Shown here piece by piece: positions 28,707 through 38,684 of a DNA stretch of 64,000 nt. The stretch is from a virus. A program made the position numbers and the translations under genes. Positions within the stretch are counted from its first letter, which is position 1; every line of letters starts with the position of its first letter. The stretch spans positions 34,780-98,779 of the IMG/VR virus record IMGVR_UViG_3300037461_000409; one strand, given 5' to 3'. Below the pieces are notes generated by a model that saw only the letters and a program-made list of their open reading frames with translations, was not told the origin of the DNA and made no database searches.

Positions 28707-30184
28707 CACCACGACTCCTGGTAGCGGCCACTGACCCGCTCGACCATGTCCAGCAGGCTCGCATCATCGCCCTTCCATCCTCGGGTCACCGTGGCCACCG
28801 TGGATGTCCGCGGACCAGAAGATCCGTCGCTGGACCACTGGAAGGTGTGGTCAACTCCCTCGACATAAGCCTGCAATGAGGTCTCGGGGTCGCCCGTATC
28901 CAGAATCAGCCTGGTGCCGATGCGCAGCTCTGGCAACATGCACCCGAACGTGACACTGCCAGACAGGAAATAGGGGTTGGGGCCAAACCAGTCGGCCAAC
29001 ATCCTCTGCCAGTCCTTGCGGTCGCTGATCCACTCTCCCGGGGCCCCCTGAGCGATGTAGATGGTGCTCTCGGAGTAGGGTTTCACCCCGAAGTTGGTGA
29101 TGTCCGGTTTCGACCAAATGGGCGGGGCCAGAGCCGTGGACTCGGCGTTGGTGCCGAACGTGAAGTCGGCGCTCAGATCGAAGATCGTGAACCGCTCGTG
29201 CCCAGCGCGTCCAAGGTCGCGTTCTGTGACCAGCCACGTCGGGACGTACAGCGTTGGCAGGTCGAACCACGGGCTCGATCTGCCGGCGATGGTGTTGACA
29301 TAGGGGCGCTCTCGGATCTCGGCATAGATGTCGACCTTGCTGCGCCCCCCTGCGGGCTCGGCATCGTACCTCCATTCGTTCAGTAACGGATTGCACCACT
29401 GGCCTAGCAGCTGGTGCAGACTTTGACCGGGCTGGGTCCAGAGGTTCATGTTGAACAGCGCCCCCCGCAGTGGGCCCTTGGTGTTGATCTTGAGCATCTC
29501 CGAGAACCGAGACGATCCGGTCAGAGACTTGAGGGCCGGCGGCAGCGACCAGGCGCTGCGCGTGGTGGAGCTCCCCTGATGGAATGTCGCCTCGGTCAGG
29601 ATCTTGAACATCTCATCCGGGCGGCCACCGATGTTGTGCTTGACCGCGTTGGTGTTGATGCCGACGGTATACTCGCGCAGGCTCTGCACGTTCATCTGAT
29701 TCCAGGCGATCATCGTCTCGAACAGCGCCCCGTGGTCTCGCCCGGACAATGAGATGGTCCTGACGGTGGCGCCCCCGGCGCTAGATCGACCTTCGCGGAC
29801 CGTGTCCAGCACCCCCCGGCCCAGAGGCATCAGCAGGTTGTTCCGCAGGACGAACAGATCCACCCAGTCGCCATCAACGAGGTCCCCGCCGATGGCGTCC
29901 AGCGTCGAGAGCTTCCCGAGCTTGACCACCGCGCTCCACGTCCCGGACGGCTGCCCCAGGCGCTTGCTCCAAGTGAACTGCGTGACAGTGCCCTCGCTGG
30001 TGTCGCGCTCCCACGTCAGATACCGCGGCGACGAGCTCTTGCGCTTGGTGAACACCGGGTCGTTCGAGTGGGGGTACACATGCAGCCCCACCCTGTACGA
30101 CGGACGGATTACGCGGCTGTCATGGGATGTCGCCCGGACTCCATCCAGTAGGAGCAGCCCGCCTGATCCCTCGCGCTCGATCAT
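28706..30184 (-). CDS. Baseplate hub protein
   Basis: Position after tape measure; ISLSGRDHG, ELRIGTRL, YVEGVDH...TVTRG. Confidence 0.75.
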   Translation of the reverse strand: MIEREGSGGLLLLDGVRATSHDSRVIRPSYRVGLHVYPHSNDPVFTKRKSSSPRYLTWERDTSEGTVTQFTWSKRLGQPSGTWSAVVKLGKLSTLDAIGGDLVDGDWVDLFVLRNNLLMPLGRGVLDTVREGRSSAGGATVRTISLSGRDHGALFETMIAWNQMNVQSLREYTVGINTNAVKHNIGGRPDEMFKILTEATFHQGSSTTRSAWSLPPALKSLTGSSRFSEMLKINTKGPLRGALFNMNLWTQPGQSLHQLLGQWCNPLLNEWRYDAEPAGGRSKVDIYAEIRERPYVNTIAGRSSPWFDLPTLYVPTWLVTERDLGRAGHERFTIFDLSADFTFGTNAESTALAPPIWSKPDITNFGVKPYSESTIYIAQGAPGEWISDRKDWQRMLADWFGPNPYFLSGSVTFGCMLPELRIGTRLILDTGDPETSLQAYVEGVDHTFQWSSDGSSGPRTSTVATVTRGWKGDDASLLDMVERVSGRYQESW

Positions 30185-32484
30185 CGGCTACCCCCGCCTC
30201 TGGCCCCCGGGGGTTTCAGAACCGGGATGTTCCCGCGGAGGATATCCCAGAGCGTGATCTTTCCCTTGGCCAGCGCGTCGAGCGCCCCCACCCACCGCTG
30301 CATGATCCCCACGACCGATGTCAGCTCTTTGTTGAAGTTGGCCAGCGTTCTCACGCTGGCGATGCCGACCTTTTCCAGGCCGACGAAAGTCGAAGCCATG
30401 CTCGCACCCACCCCAACCCTCTGAGACTCCAACCCGGCAGAGGTCACAGCCAGGCCGGCGCCCCGACGGGCGAGTCCCTTGGCCCCGGTGGTCAGCATAC
30501 CCTCCAGTCCAGCTCGCTCGCCCTTGTCCCCGGCCCCCTGCTCGGACATGATCATGGCGATCCTGGCCCGAAAGTCCTCGGGCGTGCCCCCCTCTTGCAT
30601 CGCTCGCAGAATCCCCTCGGCCCCGCCCCCTGCTCCGCCGCTGATGGGCATCGAGCCTCCGTATTGCCCAATGAGTCGGGACATGGCAAACGCACGGCCC
30701 TTGAGGATGTCCTCCGGGCCTCTGGCGCCAGCGATCTCTAGACCGGTGGTGCCCTGCTGGATTTGCTGGAACAGGTTGAGCAATATCTCCGGAGACATCC
30801 CCTGCGTCTGGAGTTTCTCCATGGCCCGGATGTAACTCATCGGGCCTTCTTCAGGGTTATAGCCAGCCGCTCGCGCCATCAGCATGTCTGCCGGACTCTG
30901 AATACCTTTGAAACCCAGCTGCTGGGCAGAGCGGTTGAGGTTCTGTAGCAACGCCCCCCGCTGGTTCTTCTCCACCCCCAGCGCCCCGAGCATGGCCGTG
31001 CTGCGGGTGGCAGAGACCATCAGTTGCCCGATATCCCGGATCCGCAGCCCGCGCGTGAGCCCCTCCTCGCCCATCTGCACCAGCTGTTCCAGGTACTCGG
31101 GTACCAAACTCCCCTTCAGCCCCTGCTCGGTCGCGGCCTTGAGCACGCCCGCCAGGCCAGCTCCCGCGCCAAAGCCACCCAGCCGTCCAAACCTGCCAGA
31201 GGTCTGCATGTTCACGCCGAAGCCGACGTTGGCCGCCATCGCCACGTCAGCCTGTCTCTGGGCATTGGCCGTCGCGACCCCCCCGCGGGCACGCATGAAC
31301 TGGCCAAGCATCTGCTGAGTCTGCTCTGGCCCGGCCCCGTACTCGACTCCGAACCCAGGGGAAAACATCCCTGTGCCACCCATGCCCCCGGCGGCCTCGG
31401 CAAACTTCTTCCAGTTTTCCTTAACCAGCTCCATTCTGGCTGTCGCGAAACGGTCCTCTGCCGTCTGCACCTTCTTGGCAAGGGCTTTCCCACCCTTGCC
31501 GGCACCGCGCTCTATCCCAGCGGACAGGTCTCCATACGAAGCCACGTCCGCCTCCAATACCCGTCCGCCCATGCCGGTCCAGGCAGGGGGGCCTCCCTCT
31601 CCGCGGATCATCACGCCACCACCGGGCAGCTTTTTCCCCCCGGTGATTGCTCTCCCTTTGCCCGGAAGAAATGCCCCGCCAATGCCGCCCATGCTGATGA
31701 AGGTGCTGGTCAGTTCCTCCTGGGACATATCCCGGTAGACTTCGCCTCGCCTCGCCGCCTCTGCTGCGCCCTTGGCCGCCGCGTATTCTCTTGCCTGTTT
31801 GGTCGCGCCGATGGTCCTGTTCAATTCCCTCAGACGCTCTCCCCTGCCAAACACATCCCCGCCGCCAGCCCAAAAGAGATTGGCGAGCTTGGAGCGGTCA
31901 AATCCGACAGCCGACTGAAACATCCCCTGCCCGGCCTGCAGCGCCCCAGCGGCTGCACCCCCCAAGAACGGAATCGCCCCCAGCATCGAGGAAAGCCCGC
32001 CCATGCCCGGCATCAAGAAAGGCGCCGCCATCGCCCCGCCAAATCGCCTGGCAGCCCCCCCTAGCCAGGCGCCAGCCACCCTCGGCATCATCCCCGGGCC
32101 GGTCGGGATGTACTGCGCCAGTCCCGCACCCTGGGCCATCCCGGCCACGAATCCCTGCCGGCGTTGCTGACGACGGTCGAACTCTCCGTAGGCACCCTTT
32201 AGGCTGTCGATGGTGCCCTTGAGAGCCACCGCCTGAGCGCGGCTGTCCTTGAGGTTCTTGGACAGCTGCTTGAAAGCATCCGAGCCCCGCTCGACCCCCT
32301 TCATCGAGCTGACGAGCTTGAGCTGCTCGTCGACCAACCGCTTCAACTCCCGCTGGCTTTCGTTGACCGCTCGCTTGAACTCGCGGGGGGCCATTGGCGA
32401 AAAAGCATCACGCGCGGCCTTCCCGGCAGCCTTCAGGTCGCGAGCGTCGGCTTTGATTTTGATGTTCGTCGTCTGGTCGGCCAT
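30181..32484 (-). CDS. Tape measure protein
   Basis: Gly/Ala/Met-rich helical 767-aa ORF after the chaperones. Confidence 0.8.
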   Translation of the reverse strand: MADQTTNIKIKADARDLKAAGKAARDAFSPMAPREFKRAVNESQRELKRLVDEQLKLVSSMKGVERGSDAFKQLSKNLKDSRAQAVALKGTIDSLKGAYGEFDRRQQRRQGFVAGMAQGAGLAQYIPTGPGMMPRVAGAWLGGAARRFGGAMAAPFLMPGMGGLSSMLGAIPFLGGAAAGALQAGQGMFQSAVGFDRSKLANLFWAGGGDVFGRGERLRELNRTIGATKQAREYAAAKGAAEAARRGEVYRDMSQEELTSTFISMGGIGGAFLPGKGRAITGGKKLPGGGVMIRGEGGPPAWTGMGGRVLEADVASYGDLSAGIERGAGKGGKALAKKVQTAEDRFATARMELVKENWKKFAEAAGGMGGTGMFSPGFGVEYGAGPEQTQQMLGQFMRARGGVATANAQRQADVAMAANVGFGVNMQTSGRFGRLGGFGAGAGLAGVLKAATEQGLKGSLVPEYLEQLVQMGEEGLTRGLRIRDIGQLMVSATRSTAMLGALGVEKNQRGALLQNLNRSAQQLGFKGIQSPADMLMARAAGYNPEEGPMSYIRAMEKLQTQGMSPEILLNLFQQIQQGTTGLEIAGARGPEDILKGRAFAMSRLIGQYGGSMPISGGAGGGAEGILRAMQEGGTPEDFRARIAMIMSEQGAGDKGERAGLEGMLTTGAKGLARRGAGLAVTSAGLESQRVGVGASMASTFVGLEKVGIASVRTLANFNKELTSVVGIMQRWVGALDALAKGKITLWDILRGNIPVLKPPGARGGGSR

Positions 32485-32493
32485 CTGACTCCC

Positions 32494-32890
32494 CTAGTCG
32501 TCCAAGTCGGGCATCTCACCACGGGCGATCTGCCGCTCCCACTCGTCGGCCACGGGGTCACCAGTACGCCGTGGGACGCACCAGTTTTCGAGGCTCTCGT
32601 CCGCGTCTAGGGCCTGGAGGTCATCGTCGCGTTCGGAGAACAGCCGCTCCAGATCGGCTATCCTCGCCTCTGCATCGGGATCTGGCCCGTCAGCTAGAGC
32701 TCCCCGTAGTCGCGATAGATCATGTGCTGCGTCGCAGAAAAACTCCCTCAGAAGCCCTCCCTTGGTTTGGTCCTCGAAGTTCCCACCACGCTGCGCCTCG
32801 TACTTCCGGTCGTACCAGCTCTTGAGTCTCCCCCTGAGCGTCTCAGGCTCCAGCCTGGCCAGTGCCCTGATCTTCTCCAGATCCGCGAAA
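32494..32890 (-). CDS. Tail assembly chaperone, frameshift-extended (GT-like) portion
   Basis: Open +1 frame overlapping the chaperone end at TTT CGC; TGDPVADEWE..IA.G..PDL C-terminus. Confidence 0.65.
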
Positions 32891-33313
32891 CGTGGCCTCA
32901 TGCAAGGCCACCTCCGCATAGATCCGGTCCAGGATCTGCGGATCGTGCAAATTGGACAGCTTCTCCCCCATCGCCCACGGCGGTCTTTTTCCGAGGCTGA
33001 CCGTCAAATGCGCGACCTTCTCTGTCATATCCAAGGTGTTCAGGTCCAACGCCTCCATCGGCAAGCCCCCGTTCATCTGCGCCCGGATCGTCCCCACCTG
33101 GGTCCTCATTCTGTAGGTCAAGATCCGGTTGACGAACGTGCCGTGCCAGCGCTTCCCCCGGTTGTCGGTGTAGTCGATCTCGAACTCGTACTCGGGTTGC
33201 ATCTTCGGGTCAGATGCGATCTTCTCGTACTTGTCCTCGGACGCCTCGTCCTTCCCGTCGAGGTCCTCTTTCAGCTCCTCCGGACTCTTCATTGCCTGGG
33301 TCATTCCGCCCAT
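32843..33313 (-). CDS. Tail assembly chaperone (G-like)
   Basis: Acidic 156-aa protein between tube and tape measure, ending ...ATFR. Confidence 0.75.
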   Translation of the reverse strand: MGGMTQAMKSPEELKEDLDGKDEASEDKYEKIASDPKMQPEYEFEIDYTDNRGKRWHGTFVNRILTYRMRTQVGTIRAQMNGGLPMEALDLNTLDMTEKVAHLTVSLGKRPPWAMGEKLSNLHDPQILDRIYAEVALHEATFRGSGEDQGTGQAGA

Positions 33314-33361
33314 TGTTCCCGCTCTCCTTTCTGCGCATACCATCGGTTGCGGTAGAGGATG

Positions 33362-33808
33362 CTAGCTGTCAGCCTCGTCGCGCATGCGAATTGCGACGAA
33401 CGTCATGTCCTGCCCGACGATGCCACGAGCGTTGATGGTGAAGTTGTGGCTCGCGAGCTTCACCTGTTCGACCGTGAGCAGGATCTTTTTGGTCTTGTTG
33501 TCTTCGATGGTGGCCGCGAGGTCACCCGACAGCAGCACGTTCTTGAGATGTTCCTCGGGACTGGTACCAAGCTTGGGGAACCAGCCGGCGCTCTTGACGC
33601 TCTCTCCGACGATCCGCACCATCGATGCGGTGAAACTTACGCGATAGCCGGTCGGTGCGTATTCCTCGACCTGGAGGTTGTCCAGCACTTCAATGGGTTC
33701 GTAGGTGATCTCCTCGGACCCCGAGACGTTGGTCGCGTAGCCGACTTTCTTGCCGTTCAGCAGAAAGCGGGCCCGTGCTCCGGTGAAAACTCGCCCTTTC
33801 TCGGCCAT
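33362..33808 (-). CDS. Tail tube protein
   Basis: VFTGARA...KKVGYATNVSGSE...; directly after sheath. Confidence 0.88.
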   Translation of the reverse strand: MAEKGRVFTGARARFLLNGKKVGYATNVSGSEEITYEPIEVLDNLQVEEYAPTGYRVSFTASMVRIVGESVKSAGWFPKLGTSPEEHLKNVLLSGDLAATIEDNKTKKILLTVEQVKLASHNFTINARGIVGQDMTFVAIRMRDEADS

Positions 33809-33817
33809 GGTTCTCTC

Positions 33818-36142
33818 CTATGCCGTCGCCGCGCTCTGGGGCACGGCAACAAGGTGGACGGTGGACTTGACGAAGTTGATCGGCAACACCGGTGCCATCT
33901 CGACCGCCACCTCCAGCACGTCGAGAATCAGCGAGATCTGGAGCGAGCGGTATGCCACCAACGCTACCCCGACGAGCTGGCCGAGGATGTTGACGCCCAG
34001 GCCGTAGGCGGCCGTGACCGACCCGGCGAATCCGCTCTTGCCTACCATCGTCTCCATCTGCCCGCGGAAGTTGTAGACCGCGTAGTTGACGGCTTCGTTC
34101 ACCGATGCCTCGGTGTAGGCGATGTTCGAGCTCGACAGGTGGGTCGTGACGTTGCGGACCACCCGCCGCCCCACGCCATCGACGGTCTCGCCGAAACACA
34201 GACCAGCCTGGATCATCTCCTCGGCATCGTCGTTGGGGTTCCAGCTGCTGTGCTGCTTGAGCGACAGCGTGTTCATGTACTTCCAGGTCAGCGACGTGCC
34301 AACGGGGCTACCCGCTTGCATGCCCGCGATGATGCACGCTCCAAAGGGGGGATCGAACAGCTCCTTTTCGCCAACTGTGTTGTACCGCTCCACCTGCTGG
34401 GCCCACACGCGGGCGTGACGGGTGTTGAGGTCCACGATCTGGGCTTTGATCTCGGCCTTGGTGGCCAAACTGGTCATGCCCGTGTTGAGCACCCCCACCA
34501 CCATGTCACGTTCGGAACGACCGACTCCACCCATGTACTTGCAGTGTTCCTTCACCGCCGCATGCACAGCCGGATCAGCCGTGATTGCGACGATGGTGTT
34601 GACCCGAACCTTCTTGAGCAGGTCCAGCGCTCCCTGCCAGTCCGCGAACGTCGTGGTGGGCACCCCCTCCTGGCCCGGCGTGTCGTCCCCCTCGTGCCCG
34701 CCGGCGAGGTATACCGGGCCCGTGGTGTTGTCGGGCGCTCCCGATCCGCCGGTGGCCCGGGCTGCCGAGATGAGCGCCGACTCGTTGTTCAGCTTCTCCA
34801 CGATCAACGCCAGGTTCGCGTAGAACGTGGCCTCGGCCGGGTCGAGCACGTTGGTCGCCGCGGCATAGTCGAGGTCGGACCCCAAGAACGTCGTGCGCCC
34901 GGTAACGAGGGTGAGCGTGTAGCCGGGCGTGCCATTGAAGCGGTCAGCCAGCTTCTGCAGCGTCGGCAGACCAGCGAACGGGGCGCTGACGGACTTGGCC
35001 GAGACCGTCACGGTCCCGGCCGCAGCCACCTCGCCCATGGCCAGGTAGTCCAGCGCCGACCAGGTGCCGGTGGTGGACACCGGGGTCGTTCCCGTGAGGG
35101 TCACCTTCTCCATCTGGGCCGCCCCGCCGTTGTTCTTTCCGATCACCAGCAGGCTCTCGGTACCAGAGGCCGAACGGACCGCCGACAGGACCACCTTCGC
35201 CACCGCGACATCCGACAGCACGCGCAGCCCTTTCGTGAGGGCCACCGATGTCAGGGTCGTGATCGTGGAACCTCCGGACAGGTTTCGGATGGTGATGGTC
35301 CCATCCGGAGCGCTGCCAATCTTGGCCCCGTGGACCTTGTTCCAGGTCTTGGTGCTCTGCACCACGCTCGTGCCGTCGACCACCACGTCCTCGGACTGGG
35401 CAGCGTTGGTCGCGCTCAGGCCGTAGACCGTGACCGTCTGGTCGTCATCGGCGTCGCTGGACACCAACTCGAACTTCGCACCCGGCGTCACCTGGTTGCT
35501 GATGTCGCTGTCCAGGCCGGCCCGGGCGACCGTGAACGAGCTGTAGAGCTCGGATGCGGTGACCGTCGCCGTCAGCGTCGAGTACCCGTCGGCCGGGGTG
35601 GTCGCCGCGAACGTGATCTTGAACATCTCGTCCCCGCCCACGTCGTCAAACACCTCCTCCACGTCCTCGAAGATCACGGTCAAGAGCTTGCCCTTGTTCG
35701 TCCCGTTTCCGATCTGCTGGTTGATCTGGGTCGTGAAGTAGCCGTAGTCGCGGCTCTCGGTTTCCAAGGCCGTCCCCCCGCTGTTGGAGAACGACGCCAC
35801 CGAGGGCGCAGCGGGGTTGGTCTTGACGAACACCACCTCCTGGGCTCCCGCGGGGATGTCCTCGTCATCCGACGGCCCGAACAGCAACGGGGCCGCTTCC
35901 TTGAGGTCACCCTCGCGGAAGAACCTGGGCGGCTGCGCCGGAGACGAAGCCACTTGCAGGTTAGTCCTGACATCGCTGTCTCCGACTTCCGTCCAGGGCT
36001 TTCCCCCTACGGCTGTCCCCAGGCAGGCGACAATGCCCGAGGCGGTCAGCCCGACGGTCTCAAGTCCGGAGGCATCCACCTCGGTGTAGCTTCCGGGCAC
36101 AGAGATCAGTCGGCCGTTGAAAAAGATCGTGGTAGCGGCCAT
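33818..36142 (-). CDS. Contractile tail sheath protein
   Basis: FFNGRLISVPGSYTEVDAS, G.A.GG.P, YLAGG.EG...W..AL..L, SLTWK, RVVRNVTT. Confidence 0.95.
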   Translation of the reverse strand: MAATTIFFNGRLISVPGSYTEVDASGLETVGLTASGIVACLGTAVGGKPWTEVGDSDVRTNLQVASSPAQPPRFFREGDLKEAAPLLFGPSDDEDIPAGAQEVVFVKTNPAAPSVASFSNSGGTALETESRDYGYFTTQINQQIGNGTNKGKLLTVIFEDVEEVFDDVGGDEMFKITFAATTPADGYSTLTATVTASELYSSFTVARAGLDSDISNQVTPGAKFELVSSDADDDQTVTVYGLSATNAAQSEDVVVDGTSVVQSTKTWNKVHGAKIGSAPDGTITIRNLSGGSTITTLTSVALTKGLRVLSDVAVAKVVLSAVRSASGTESLLVIGKNNGGAAQMEKVTLTGTTPVSTTGTWSALDYLAMGEVAAAGTVTVSAKSVSAPFAGLPTLQKLADRFNGTPGYTLTLVTGRTTFLGSDLDYAAATNVLDPAEATFYANLALIVEKLNNESALISAARATGGSGAPDNTTGPVYLAGGHEGDDTPGQEGVPTTTFADWQGALDLLKKVRVNTIVAITADPAVHAAVKEHCKYMGGVGRSERDMVVGVLNTGMTSLATKAEIKAQIVDLNTRHARVWAQQVERYNTVGEKELFDPPFGACIIAGMQAGSPVGTSLTWKYMNTLSLKQHSSWNPNDDAEEMIQAGLCFGETVDGVGRRVVRNVTTHLSSSNIAYTEASVNEAVNYAVYNFRGQMETMVGKSGFAGSVTAAYGLGVNILGQLVGVALVAYRSLQISLILDVLEVAVEMAPVLPINFVKSTVHLVAVPQSAATA

Positions 36143-36154
36143 GTGATGCCTCCT

Positions 36155-36322
36155 CTAGTTGGTTACCGGGGTGGACCAGAACCTGTCCCATAGGACGGTC
36201 CACTCCTGAATCGAAGCCCTATGGTTCTTCCCGCACTGCGCGGCAGCCCAATGAAGGAACCCCCCGCATCGTTCCCAGCGTTCTCCTCGCGCAATCGTGA
36301 ATTGCCTGGCTGTCAACTTCAT
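36155..36322 (-). CDS. Small pre-sheath protein (55 aa; absent from the ORF track)
   Basis: ATGA-coupled ORF MKLTARQF...GGFLHW...EW..LWDRF; fills the gap before the sheath SD. Confidence 0.65.
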   Translation of the reverse strand: MKLTARQFTIARGERWERCGGFLHWAAAQCGKNHRASIQEWTVLWDRFWSTPVTN

Positions 36323-37032
36323 GTGGGTTCCTCCGTGTAGACGGTGACGCCTCGGACCACCGACTCGGCTTCTGTCCGTTCGGCCTCGGTCATGCCCGGG
36401 GCCACGACCGGTTCGTCATCGGCGACAACCATGCCCCTGATCGTGGTCCCACGCTGCGGTATCGGGTCATGGTACTCCTCATCGGCCCGAAGGGTTATCG
36501 AGAACCGCCGGGTGAACATTTCCGACGGCATGTAGCGTGGGTCGGGCGCCAGCTCGGCGCCGCTGTAGGTGATCTCGTCCAGGCCCTCTGCCTGAAACAC
36601 GGATCGGCCGCTGACCAGGATGTGCTTGGCGAGCTGGTAGAGATACAAGCATTCGTCCGGGTGGTCCGCATAGACATAGGCGTCGTACCGTTGTTCCCAC
36701 CGACGGACGTGCGGATCTTCGACGTTGCCATGGTCGTCAAGGTAGGGCATGCCGTCTTCGTCCAGCATCTCCCCGTCCTCGCCGATGTAGTCCTGGGCAG
36801 TCGACTCCTGTCCCAGCACCAGGGCAATCACCGGGAACGGAGTTCCCCCACGGGCGTAACCGTGGACCACCGAAACCGGGCGCTCCTCCCAGCGCTCGCG
36901 CCCGATCTTGGCTTCCTCTTCCGGCAGGCCACACCCGATCAGGAACTTCTCGTAGAGCACGGGTTCGAGCTTGAGCTCCTCGACCTGGCTGTGCAGCCGC
37001 TCCCAGATGATCCTTTCGACAAACGCGCTCAT
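36319..37032 (-). CDS. Tail terminator/completion protein
   Basis: Position before sheath; FPVIALVLGQE...YIG...FTRRF. Confidence 0.7.
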   Translation of the reverse strand: MSAFVERIIWERLHSQVEELKLEPVLYEKFLIGCGLPEEEAKIGRERWEERPVSVVHGYARGGTPFPVIALVLGQESTAQDYIGEDGEMLDEDGMPYLDDHGNVEDPHVRRWEQRYDAYVYADHPDECLYLYQLAKHILVSGRSVFQAEGLDEITYSGAELAPDPRYMPSEMFTRRFSITLRADEEYHDPIPQRGTTIRGMVVADDEPVVAPGMTEAERTEAESVVRGVTVYTEEPT

Positions 37033-37847
37033 TTCCCACTCATGGCAGCCTGGATGGCCTGGTTGATCACAGCCGGAACAATGACCCCAACATGGTCGGC
37101 GACCTGCTCGACAAATCGGTGGGGTTCGATGCCTGGATGGATCCAGCCCGTGGTGTTCTCGGTGCTAATCCGGCGAAACGTGCCGTAAGTGCTTTGCACA
37201 GTTGTCTTGCCCGTGGTCGGATTGACGTAGGGCTTTCGCTCGTGCCGCATGCCCGTGTAGATACCCGTCGCGTGGTGCGGCCGTAGCAGAGGACCGCCCT
37301 CGCTCGCCGGCACCGTCGTGCGTCCTTTCCCGTGCGGTCCGCGGGAGGATAACCGCTTGGCCGCGGCATAGACGGCCTTGCCCAGGGCCTTCGCGGCATC
37401 GGCCGTGAGCGGCCCTCCGGCCCGCGACAACGCCCCCGCCGGAGCGTAGGGGGAGCCCATTGGCTGACCGGCCAGACCGGTCGACCCGGGTGTGCCATGA
37501 CGGAACGGCACGTTGGCGTACCAGCCCCCGGATCTCGACGCACGCCGGGTGGTAGCGTTCGGCCCAAGTAGCGTCTCCCTCAGATCGAACGAGTCCATCC
37601 CGTTCTCGACCGCGTTCGCGAGCCAACCAACCAGCGCGATCGAGCGCAGACCGGGCTCGCTCTCCACCTCCTGGATCCCCTCGATGTAGCTTTGCCTGGT
37701 CGTATGCAACTCCGTCTGGGCCAGCCTTTGCCACTTGGCCCGGGCGGACGCGGCCACGTCGTCGAGAACGGCCTCGACCAGATCGAGGCTCTCAAGCATC
37801 TGCATCAGGGATTCGGGCAGAGCCTCGCTGATGTCCACGTCGATCAC
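37029..37847 (-). CDS. Neck/tail completion protein
   Basis: W..LA..ELHTTR..YI..., YANVPFRH, YGTFRRIS...WIHPG motifs of SPO1/Twort-like neck proteins. Confidence 0.75.
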   Translation of the reverse strand: MIDVDISEALPESLMQMLESLDLVEAVLDDVAASARAKWQRLAQTELHTTRQSYIEGIQEVESEPGLRSIALVGWLANAVENGMDSFDLRETLLGPNATTRRASRSGGWYANVPFRHGTPGSTGLAGQPMGSPYAPAGALSRAGGPLTADAAKALGKAVYAAAKRLSSRGPHGKGRTTVPASEGGPLLRPHHATGIYTGMRHERKPYVNPTTGKTTVQSTYGTFRRISTENTTGWIHPGIEPHRFVEQVADHVGVIVPAVINQAIQAAMSGK

Positions 37848-38683
37848 TCGCCACCTCCCCCCAGCAGGAAATCCAGCTTGACCATCGCGTTCACCGGCAA
37901 CATCCGATGCTGTTCTTGCTTGGTTTTCGCTTTCTTGGCGACATTTGTATCCCGGACCGCGTGAACGTGGTCCATTACCCGGTAGACTGGATGGATCTCG
38001 TAGTTGCAGGTCAGTATCGTCCCCGCCGCGGGCGGTGTGATCGACCATTTGATCGACCCGTCCGCCAAGTCCAGCTGCCAGTCGCTGCCCTCGGCATAGA
38101 CCCGTGACTCGCTGCGTAGCAGATTGACCGATACCACCGGGTACCAGAGCGCCTTCTGCCCGGCCGCGGCGGTTTTGACCGAGATCCGCGCACTGCCGTC
38201 GGCCTGAAGCAGCTGCCCGAACATCATCAGCGACTCGGACATCACCAGGCGGTCGCGGTAGCCCAGGCGGTTGCGGCTGTGGACCGTCGCCCGGAAGGTG
38301 CCGAAGATGAACCCCCCGAACCGCTCGTAGACCTGGGGGTCCTGGGTCGCCTGGGTCATCACCGCCGAGATCAGAACCGCATCGCCAGCGGCGTTGATTT
38401 CGATGGGGTTTCCATCGGCGTCCTCGGCGCAATTCTGTAGGCCCACCTCGGGCAGGTAGAAGTGCCATCCGCTGCCCTTGCACAGGGGGCAGGTGAGCTT
38501 GGGCTGTTCGGTCTGATCGTTCTGGCGACAGGGGCAGACGGCCGCCCTGGACCACCACACGAGGTAGCCCTTGCTGTCCAGGAACGCATCGATCAACTCC
38601 GGGCGCATGTCCGCCCGAGGCCGGCCCTTGTTTCCTGTCGGAAGGCCCGTGAGGATGCGCGGCTTGAGATCCAGATCGCTCAT
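37844..38683 (-). CDS. Head closure/neck protein
   Basis: W.RAAVCPC...CPLCKGSG, LGYRDRL, Y..HPVY.V.D. Confidence 0.75.
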   Translation of the reverse strand: MSDLDLKPRILTGLPTGNKGRPRADMRPELIDAFLDSKGYLVWWSRAAVCPCRQNDQTEQPKLTCPLCKGSGWHFYLPEVGLQNCAEDADGNPIEINAAGDAVLISAVMTQATQDPQVYERFGGFIFGTFRATVHSRNRLGYRDRLVMSESLMMFGQLLQADGSARISVKTAAAGQKALWYPVVSVNLLRSESRVYAEGSDWQLDLADGSIKWSITPPAAGTILTCNYEIHPVYRVMDHVHAVRDTNVAKKAKTKQEQHRMLPVNAMVKLDFLLGGGGE

Positions 38684-38684
38684 C

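Noticed and set aside
33359-36193. 944-aa plus-strand ORF (and similar ones at 58595-61393, 44653-46623, 53067-54782, 1328-2839)
   Set aside because: Antisense shadows of well-supported minus-strand genes, expected from GC-rich codon bias; no recognisable motifs
36290-36316. TTGACA upstream of the sheath gene as a promoter
   Set aside because: Lies inside a small CDS and has no -10 element at proper spacing
37848-38558. Long N-terminal extensions given by the ORF track (e.g. 37029-38558, 40160-41731, 1967-2866, 5598-7193)
   Set aside because: They overlap upstream genes in another frame; coupled downstream starts fit much better
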